From: Diadema antillarum
Lineage: Eukaryota
Length of the DNA stretch: 64,000 nucleotides
Direction of reading: 5' to 3'
NCBI RefSeq assembly: GCF_040938485.1
Contig: NW_027271348.1
Coordinates: 310,001-374,000 of the forward strand
Below, one piece after another: positions 23,871 to 33,589 of this stretch. Numbering within the stretch: position 1 is the stretch's first letter; each line of letters starts with the position of its first letter. Below the pieces are notes generated by a model, which was given only the letters and a program-made list of their open reading frames with translations, had not been told where the DNA came from and did no database searches. Position numbers and translations under genes: made by a program.

Positions 23871-26409
23871 CCATCTTTTTTTCTTCATATTCTGCTTAGT
23901 TTCCTTTTTTCTCTTCCGTCTTCTTCTCTTTCTTCTTCAATCAGTTCCAAAGTTATACATCTTTAAACGTTTCACAGTCGCCTCGCGCCCGGCGGCACGC
24001 ACGCTTGACATGCACAAGTCCGTCCACTAATTATCTTCCATATAGCACAAAGAAGAGGCCCTCCCAGCGGGAGCGACAGCCCAGTTGCCAAGCTAGGCGT
24101 GTAGAGGGTAGAGAGGACATGTAGAGAGGATTCCTCGGCGCTGCCCTGAGGCGATGGTAATCAGGAAAAGCATTTTGATAGTGAAGTCACGGAATGACTC
24201 CTAGGTTAGGTGGCTCAAAAGGTAGATTACTGAGGGCCTCCAGGACCTTGGGCAGACTCCAAGAGGGGAGAAGTGTCTTAGTAGGTGGTTGTTGGAGGAA
24301 AAATTCCCCGGAGAGGCGAGTTAAAGTGGGGGCGGTAGACACATTCGTGCCACCTTGGAACCCGCGGTGAATGGCGGCAATGGCACATCTGTAGCCCTGA
24401 ATCGTGGCGAGGGCCAGGCCCTTGTCAAAAAGGTGCACTAGAAAGTCAGCCACCTTAGGTAGCAGAGTCGTGTGGGGGTCGATCTTGACTCCAGCACACC
24501 AATTTAAGAAGCCAGGCGGGCGAGGCCAGCCTGAGAGCTGCCCTTCGGGATGATGGCCACGTAGGCAGGTGCAAGTGGTTCGGGGGGGGGGGGGAGGGTG
24601 TGGCTCACCTGACAGAGGCTGTGTCAGTAGATCTGGCCTGCTTGGAAGGGCTCTTAAGAACTCTGCCAACAGGCCCAGACGCTCTGGATACCACAGTCAC
24701 TTTGGCCAACATGGTGCAATCAGGAGTACGGAGGCCTAATTATTGGAGGAAAGGCATAGGCGCGGAGACTCGTCCATTGCACGGAGAACGCATTCCCGAC
24801 CCACACCGCCACGTCTTGCATTCAGGAGCAGTACCGAGGCAGGCATATGTTCAGGGCTGATGGGATGTTCAGGGAGTGGAATAACTGATGCATCACCTCA
24901 CTATTCAGGGTCCATTCTCATGGGAGACGTTGCCTTCGAGAGGATGTTGTCCACCCCTAAGATTTAGAAGCAACCAGGGTGACACTCCACCTCTGACATC
25001 AGAGCCACAGATGTGTTGCAAATGGATTCAGCTGTGTGGAAGGAGTGCCCCCTGCTTATTAATATAGGCCACAAAAGTGATGTTGTCTGTGAAAATAGGC
25101 ACAGGACGGCCCTGAACCTCCGATCGAAATGCTGGGGGGCCTGCAGTTCCAGGATGTTGATGTTGGGGGTGACATTCGAGTGGGGCCAGGAGCCACTGGC
25201 TGTTCTCCCCCGACAGTGACCTCCCCAATTCTGTAGTGAGGCATCCGTCGTGACCCTGACAGACGGGATCGCCGTACAGGTGGGCTTGCCCTGAGAGAGG
25301 AAGGCAGAGGCACTCTACCTCTACAGTAGAGCAAGGATACGAGGTGTGGTACTTATGCTCTTGTGCAGGGGGTCGCAGTGGGGGTGTAGTGGTTGAAGAG
25401 GTGTACTTGGAGCTGACACATATGCAGCCTTGAGGCCTGAAAGTACATCCAGGCTGGCCAGATACCCGAGAATCCTGAGCCAGCACCTGGTGGACGTTCT
25501 GGGCCTTGAGCATAGGGTACACGCCGCCACAGTAATTGCTTCGACATACTGGGGCGTAGGTCTCGCATGCCCGCTCCGAAGATCAATAACTGCGCCCAGA
25601 AAGGTGGGGTGTTGTGTCGGAGATAGGACTGACTTCTCCCAATTGACTATGACCTCCAGATTCTCTACTGTGTGAAGTAGAAAGCTGGTTGATGCGGTCC
25701 TGAGAATCTGCCATCAGAAACCAGTTGTCCAGGTAACAGTACAGTCTGAGACCGTGGAGTCTGAGAAAACCTGCCATGCAGGTGGATGTGCAATGTGAAC
25801 AGTTGAGGGGCCGGTTTGAGGCTGAGTGGAACGGAATGATAATCGTAGGTTCTGCCGAGCAGATTTCTGGAGGACTGTGTGATCGGGACGTGCCAGTTCA
25901 CGTCCTTGAGGTCTATGGAGACCATCCAATCCCCTGTGCGTAGCTTGCAGCCAACCTCCCATTGGGGTTCCTGTACTAAGGCTGAGCCATCAGAAGCCAC
26001 CTTTGTTTTGTTTTTTTGGGCAGAGCGGGTACCGGGGTGCAATGGGCCACGGCCATGCCCTCTGCCCCAGGTGGAGTGCTGGTGGTAATCCCAAAAACTG
26101 TGGTTACCCATTGGGGGCAAAGGAGCAGTGCCTTGGTGTGGCTGGGCACGGAAGGAGAAGCGGCTGAAAGGGGTTGGAAAAATGGCACAGCTGCGAGGTC
26201 CTGTTGGTGCACTGCGATCTCCTCTTAGTGCTGCCGCACAAACTGACCTGAAAATAACTATGGCCTCTCTTAGGGGACGCTGCGCATGAGCTGGGCACTG
26301 TGCCACAGATAGAATCTGAGTGCTCGGAGGGTAAGGTCCCGGCACCGATGGGTCGTATACAGGGCCGTACGTGTTGTCTGCTGACACAGCTCGGTTACTG
26401 TAAGCAGCA

Positions 26410-26824
26410 GCAATAATAGCAGGTGACAGCTCTGGGGACAGTTACTCAGGGGCATTCCGTTTGCTGACTATTGCTGGTCACCTGGGATGAACCACAAGGG
26501 GTCGGCATCATTCGCCCGTTTTCTTGTGTGGGTGGGTAGGGGACCACTTCACCGGGTTGGCACCCTGCTCTTGGCGATGAATGAATAAGTGTGTGTCATG
26601 GCTAAACACACACTGGACCTCCATTTAATATCCTGCCCAGGGGACAGAGTGTTTTGCCTCTTACTAGAGGGGACGGAATGCTTACACACAACATTGCTCA
26701 GTGAGACTCGGGACTCGAACCCGGTACTCTTGGATGTGAAGGAAGATGCGCTACCGACTGAGCTATATCCCCGCCCTTGCCTCCAAAGCAGCTGGATTAC
26801 AGGTGCACGCCACAATGCCCAGCC
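26410..26824 (-). mobile_element. SINE inside the DIRS element: 7SL-like 5' segment + tRNA-derived head + Deu/Nin-type central domain
   Basis: 7SL-like GCTGGGCATTGTGGCGTGCACCTGTAATCCAGCTGCTTTGGAGGC (26823-26779). A-box TAGCTCAGTCGG (26765-26754); B-box GGTTCGAGTCC (26721-26711). Deu-like CCCCTGGGCAGGATATTAAATGGAGGTCC ... AAGAGCAGGGTG..AACCCGGTG (26645-26550). The 3' end is approximate. Confidence 0.8.
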
Positions 26825-27982
26825 ATCAAATTAATAATGGTCTATTCAAGGTTTATCAATAATGCTTTACGCTGACACTGGATACTTATCAGGGCAAGCG
26901 TCCAAACTTGGTCTCAGCGGCCAGTCAATCATATTCCTGGTGAAAATCTGTTGTGAGCGGTATGCCATGGGCCGCCAAGAGGAGGGAGTCCTGCTGTTCC
27001 TGGGTGGAGGACTCGGGATTCATTGAGTAGAACTCCTCGAGGTAACGCAACAGCAGGGTCTCAACAGGGCGGGGTCTCCGTGGGAGCTGTGGCCCAGTGT
27101 CACGGGGGACGGGTCATCATAGGAAAGGGAGTCATCTGGCCAGTTAGACCAGTCAGATTCCAACGAGTAATGGGCTGACCAGGGAGTGGCAGCCCTAGGC
27201 AGGGGGGTTGGGGCCCAAGAGGGGAGTGGGCGGGAGTGGCTCACTGCTAAGCCCGGGAACCAGAGGGACACCCTGAGTGGGGTTAACCTGTCACTCGGCT
27301 GCCCCATAGTGGCAATGTCGACTGGGGGCGGGTGCTGTCTTGGGGAAGCCACCGGGGGAGACGTGCCTGCAGCTGCCGCAGGCCGCTGAGGACCCGCAAT
27401 GGCCCAGCCATACTTATTGATGAGGACTTATATCATTCCGAACAGCTGGGGAAGCCAGGGGTAGGGGAGGGAGCACGGCAGATGGTCCTGAGCCCATGTG
27501 GAAGATGTGATACACCAGCACAAGACGGGGGCTCCCGTTGCCCACAGGCTCATCCTCTCAGGAGGACTTCACTGAGGGCAGCCAGGAGCGAGAAGGCTCA
27601 TGCGGGTGCCGTACTAGGGGTGGCGACTGCAATATCAGCTGACCTATCCACTAGCCTGGTCTCCTGGGGCTGCCAAAGAGGCCCGCGTCCACCTATTGCA
27701 CAGGGCTTTCCACAGAACTTCGGAAAAAGGGAACCCCCTTCAGGAAGAGGACAGGAAAACTTGCTGCAGCAGAGGGACATGCTGTAAGGGAAAAGAAATG
27801 TGAACAATAACTGTCAGAAGAAAATTTGTGTACTTACCGACCCTGTAGGGAAGGGAAAACATGGTACATAAATATCATACCAGTCAGTCAGACTGCAGCT
27901 CGTACTGTATTGATTAATACGCTTCCCATTTATCGTACTTCTCATTTCACATATTGTCAAAATGAATCTGACATTGGTGCGA

Positions 27983-28325
27983 GTGTAGGTTTCGCTTGGT
28001 TCCCAATAGAGGGAGCCTATGCTAGATAGACACATATTTTGGAGAAAAATTTGAATATGATTTGAATGTTATGTAGCAGGAATTTGTGGCTAGGGTGCGG
28101 TTGTGCATCAAGATAGGAGAGTGAGCAGTTGCATTTGAGTCGTGTAGGTTTCGCTTGGTTCCCAATAGAGGGAGCTTATGCTAGATAGACAAATATTTTG
28201 GAGAAAAATTTGAATATGATTTGAATGTTATGTAGGAGGAATGTGTGGCTACGGTGCGTTTGTGCATTGAGATAGGCGGTTGTGCATTGAGATAGGAGAG
28301 AGAGCGAGCAGTTGCATTTGAGTCG
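27983..28325. repeat. 159-bp tandem duplication in the putative DIRS 5' region
   Basis: gtgtaggtttcgcttggttcccaatagaggga starts at both 27983 and 28142; the copies are nearly identical. Confidence 0.9.
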
Positions 28326-29245
28326 TGCTGGCGAGAGGTTGCCGAGGACGGGTTGAAACGCAAAAACCAGAGCCTGACCATCTTTGAGATAATTCGACTG
28401 CGTCGCTTGGTGCCATCTCCGTGGCAGCCGTAATCTGGCAGAACTCCCTAAGTCGATTTTGGTCGATTTTCAGGTTTTGAGTGTTTTGGGAGTTTTTCTC
28501 ATGCTCTTTCAAATTGGCCAAAAATGAGTTGTGATTCCGTACAGAAAGTTATTTTTAGAAAGTACTTTTGGCAAAATTTCTAGGGAGAGAGGGCGATTAA
28601 TCTGGCGGAACTGCATAAGGCGAGATACGAAATGAATTTTCCGATGTTAATCAGGCAGAAATGCGTAAGTCAACTTACGACAACACTTGGGCAACGGTGT
28701 TTCTACATCCCGCACGGACATGGTGTATCCTAACACGCGCGTGCGCGGCCTTGGTAGTGACGAACGCGCTGCGCGTTGTTTTGAAGTTAACTGGATAAAT
28801 TGCATACAGTATATACGACAGTCACGCTAAAGCAATGGATCCAAAAGCAATGACCCTCAACTCTAGGGGGAAATTGCCACTTTCTTTCCCTCGTAGACTG
28901 GCAGGCTTCAAAACAGGTCAATATGAGGTATGCCTTACTCTTAAGTTTTGTTACAAGCTAGGGGTTTTTTTAAGCCTAGAGCATTTCTAGATCTAACAAA
29001 CGTTATAGTTTGCATCTTGTCTGACATCACGCTTCAGTCAACTTTAGGCCTAGGGTCTACTTAGTACTGCAGCACTTGTCCATTGTTAGTGTACGTGAAA
29101 TCAATATATTGTGCGGTAGGTCACGCGAACAACAATGTGATACTGCGCTGCTGATTAAGTCCATCTGTAATCCATAGTTTCTCATTTTGTTTTTCATTGT
29201 AATAAACGGTAAGTTGTCTTGGATCTATCAGATTGATCTCGAGGA

Positions 29246-32200
29246 GATTTGCTGAAGTCTGAGCATGACAATATCTCTAGTGATTTTATTCACACACTTC
29301 TATCTTCATCCTTTCTCCCGCTTATCTCCAAACCCACACGTATTACAGATCGTTCTGCCACCCTCATTGACAACTTTTTTTGTAATATTTTACCCCTCCC
29401 CGATTCTTTCATAATTCTTTCAGATATGACTGATCATTTTCCAATAATGACTTATTTTACTCTTAAAACATCATCTTATATTAAACCTCTGTCACTTCCT
29501 TTGTTTAGTCGTAGAGTTTCACCCGAAAAGCTAGCTAGTTTTGATGTGGCTCTCGAGAATGCTGACTGGTCAGGAGTGTTTGGCAGCGATGACATCAATA
29601 TATCTTTTCATAATTTCATGGAAATATTTAATCATCATTTAGATGTTGTAATTCCAAAACAAAAAAATAGAACAGACTATAAAAAAAAACACCCAGATTA
29701 CCTTGGATCTCAAAATCAATCCTTCGTTCAATTAATAGGAAAAATCGTTTGTATTATAAGTATAAGTTGGAAAAAACTGAGCGATCGAAAAATAGATATA
29801 CATCATACAAAAATACTCTGACGATGATTTTACGTTCTGAAAAGAAAAGATATTACTTCAAGCAATTCTCGAGATATAGGTTTGATATGAAAAATACTTG
29901 GAAAATTCTGAAACAGGCCATGAATGTTCCGAGTAAACACTCTGACATTGATAAAATTAAAGTGAATGATGAAGTGATTAATGATTCTCTTCATATTGCA
30001 AATATTTTCAATTCCTATTTTTCAAAAATAGGTGAAAATTATACTCAAACTATTCCTGCAACAGAAACTCATTTTACTGAATTTTTAGGTCAGCGCAACT
30101 CTGATTCCATATTTTTGACACCAACTAATAGATTTGAAATTATTGATATAGTTTCCTGTTTTGAGAACAAACGAAGTTCTGGTTATGATGAGATAGATAA
30201 TTTCATACTTAAGGGTGTTATTTCCTCGATTGCTGATCCACTTGTTCATATATTTAATTTGTCAATCCTCAACGGTGTGTTTCCGGATAAAATGAAATTG
30301 GCTAAAGTAATACCAATATTTAAGAAAGGTGATAAACTTGAAGTCAGTAATTATCGCCCAATTTCATTATTGTCGTCACTTTCTAACGTTCTAGAAAAAC
30401 TTATTTATAAGAGAATGAGCAATTTTTTGACGGTACATGAAGTTTTTACGAACTATCAGTTTGGTTTTCGTGAGAAACATAGTACTTCGCATGCTCTTTT
30501 ATATTTCGTTGATAGAGTAGTTCATGCCATTGATAATCACTCTCATTTAGTTAGTATTTTCTTGGACTTCTCCAAGGCCTTCGACACCATCAATCATGAC
30601 ATTTTACTTTATAAATTATCGCATTATGGAGTACGTGGGAAGGCCTTGGAGTGGTTCAAGAGTTATTTGTTCGATAGAAAACAATTTGTTACAATTAAGA
30701 ACAATGATTCAGTTATCAGAGAAGTCAAATGTGGCGTCCCACAGGGAAGTCTTTTAGGGCCGTTATTGTTCATTATTTATATCAATGATTTTTGTCGTGT
30801 ATCTGATGATCTCTCTTTTATTCATTTTGCAGATGATACGTATTTTTTGCCCATAATGATATTGACTTTCTTGTTCACAAAATTAACATTGAATTGAATA
30901 AAGTGACAAATTGGGCCAGAGCTAATAAGTTATCACTTAATGCTAAAAAAACGAAATATATGATTTTCAGCAATACTGTTGATAGTTTAATCACTAATAT
31001 AGTTTTAGATGATTCTCATCTACAAAGAGTATCAAATATTAAATTCTTGGGGGTCATTGTAGATGATAAACTTTCCTGGAAATCACATGTTGATAATATT
31101 TGTAATATAATATCGCGTAATACAGGTGTTATTAATAGATTGAAATTTCATATTCCTCAAAAAACATTACTTATGTTATATTCGTCGTTAATATTGCCTC
31201 ATTTGAATTATGGAGTTTTAGTATGGGGCAACACGCATCAGAATTTACTTGAAAGAGTGTCCCTCTTGCAAAAGAAAGCCCTCCGCATTATCTGTCATTC
31301 CCCTGTACGTTCTCATACAAACACGTTGTTTACCTCCAATAAGCTCTTAAAAATTAAAGATTTATTTTTGTATAACTTAGGCCAATTTATGTATAAGTAT
31401 TGTAACAATTTGCTTCCGTCTATTTTTAATTCCATGTTCCTAAAAAGCCAATCATTTCATGAATATCCCACTAGGCGTTCCAATGAATTTCACTTACCCC
31501 TCTTACGCACGATTCTTGCTAAAAATACACTTATTTATATCGGCCCAAATTATTGGAATTCTCTGAATCATGATATAAAAAACGCCCCATCCATACATTC
31601 TTTCAAGAGGAGACTGAAGTCCTTTCTACTGCAGTCGTATGACTTTCCAGGACTCAACTAGCCATTTGGCCTTCTTTCTCACATACAGACTTACTTTTTC
31701 CTCTTTGAAGAATAAATTCTAATCTTTTGGATGTCTGCTGCTATCTACGCTTTCGCCAAAAGAGTCAAAGACATGAATGTCTGTCTTATTCCTGTTCTCA
31801 CGTCCCTTCATTTCCTTGCTTTTCTCCTTTCAGACGTTACAATCACTTTTTCCCCCTCCACAACCATTTCCTGTTTCCCTTGATACACTTCTGTCGAAGA
31901 TCGCTGTCTCTGTTGTGCATTTTCGTTTGCTATTTTGTCTTCTATTTGTTCATCGTTTCCATTCCGTTTTGTCCCGTACAGCCTTTTCTTCAGTAGTTGT
32001 TTTGCTGTCTAGTCTTGTTTCATGTTTTTTCGCGTCTGTTAGTCTTATCCATCCCGTTTTGTCCCGTACAGCCTTTTCTCCAGCAGTTGTTTTGTTGTCT
32101 AGTCTTGTTTTATGCTGTTCACGTCTGTAATAGTAAGTGTATTTATCTGTAATTCTAGTTCTCAGTGGGCTTCCAGACTTCTTCCTTTTTTTTCCTCTCC

Positions 32201-32525
32201 TATAGTATTTATAATGCTTTAATTAATTTTTCTATTGATGTTATTATTCCAGAGGGGCCCACATTCTACAAGCTCTGTCTTTTTAGTGGGTCTCTCCATT
32301 TTTCGCATGCACTTTAAGCAAAGTTATACGTGTACTATATTTCGATCACTTCTGGTTTTTTTTATTACAATGTATAATTACTATGTGGTCCTCCTCAATT
32401 GTTTTATATTCTTTTCGATACATAATGTTCTGTTTACCTTATTTTCTGTTGTCAAAAGAAGTGTAACTTATATGTTTTGTCGAAAAATGAAATAAACTTT
32501 GAATTGAATTGAAAAAAAATTGAAG
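29246..32525 (+). mobile_element. 5'-truncated CR1-group LINE, copy 1 (frameshifted ORF2, long 3' UTR, (TTGAA)n tail)
   Basis: ORF pieces 29249-29821, 29749-30897 and 30894-31661 carry the endonuclease end (PTRIT..SATLIDN, DHFPI) and RT (NYRPISLL, FLDFSKAFDT, GVPQGSLLGP, FADD). AATAAA + ttgaa repeats. Confidence 0.93.
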
Positions 32526-33589
32526 TTTATTGAATATCTAGGATACCGTCCATAACAATGGCATTTTCGATCCAATCTTAAAGACGTCAGAAATTGGCCA
32601 ACACTAACACTTTTACAGTTATACCGGTACCGGTAGAGTTCTACTAGGATTTAGGAAGATCTCATCATGCCGTTACTAAACTTAGGCCGAAGCGCCGGTT
32701 CTTGTGTCTTTACTTAGTTTTCTATTTTTCTAGATTCAATTCGGCATAGGCAGTCTTTCAGTCTGTAATATAAAGAATCTAGAATCTACAGGTTAAAAGC
32801 TAAATCATAACCATGTAGCCCTAGAAGTAGATCTAGATCTGTGATCTAGACATTAGGCAGGTAAGGCCTTACCTTGTTGTTAGTTCTACTGACGTTAGTA
32901 CTAGATCCCCAATAGACAGTCTAGCTCTAGATTTAGACTCCACCTAAATGTAGATCTGGAGTCTAGATCTAGACTAGATACTAATTTTCATTGATTTTAG
33001 TCTGTTAATGATGCCCCAATATAGACGTCTGGATCTAACACTTTCTAGTAGAGTTCTAGTACGTTGTAGGCCTACGTAGAGGGTATAACATTACTACCCT
33101 CGTACTGTAGTAGGAGTGGCTAGTACAGTACTGCACAAACTAGACCTAGGGCCTGTTTTCTATTTCTAATAGAGCTGTAAATAAGCCTTTAGCTAGGCCT
33201 AGTATTATCTAGTTTAAATAGAGTTTAGACCTACAGCCCATAGGGTCTGGGCCTACTCTTACTTTGGGCATAGAGTAGGGACGATGAGATCTGTATCGTA
33301 TGCAGATCCCTCTACCGCTCTACTCTAGTCTAGTCTCCAGATAGTCTAGTGTAACATTAGGCCTGAATAGACTACAGTCTAAGACGGTCTACAATGTAGT
33401 ACATGTAGTCTTGATGAACAATCTTTACGTCTAGTCTAATATCATTCTTAATCCAAACGCAATGCTTCATGAGATCGACAATGACCCAAGTAGCAGCCAG
33501 GCTTTTGATGTAGCGGTTCTTCTCATGCCGCTAAATAAGACTGAAACATGAATACAGACGTACAATATTTGGGGAAAACAAGTTATTTT

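Larger units (their letters stand above)
24040..28420 (-). mobile_element. Decayed DIRS-type tyrosine-recombinase retrotransposon (gag-like ORF1, RT, RNase H, adenine methyltransferase-like, YR); 3' end truncated
   Basis: RT: DWMVSIDLKD..HVPI, APQLFT, YCYLDNWFL (~25600-25970). RNase H: FTDNITFVAYINKQG (~25040-25100). MT-like: W...YAFPP..LIAP.WP (~24680-24900). YR: LATIQGYRCAI, WSLPKVLEAL..PFEP, FLI.IASGQRR (~24080-24450). Order and content match DIRS1-like elements; the 5' boundary is approximate. Confidence 0.88.

Noticed and set aside
26700-26772. Functional tRNA with a TCA (selenocysteine/opal suppressor) anticodon
   Set aside because: CTTCACA is present, but the anticodon and acceptor stems do not pair properly and the sequence runs into a SINE body. 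It is a SINE head.
26773-26824. Human Alu contamination
   Set aside because: Only ~52 nt, continuous with an invertebrate-type SINE body and DIRS sequence. There is no Alu A-rich linker or right arm, and it reads TAATCCAGC rather than Alu TAATCCCAGC. Not formally excluded without reads.
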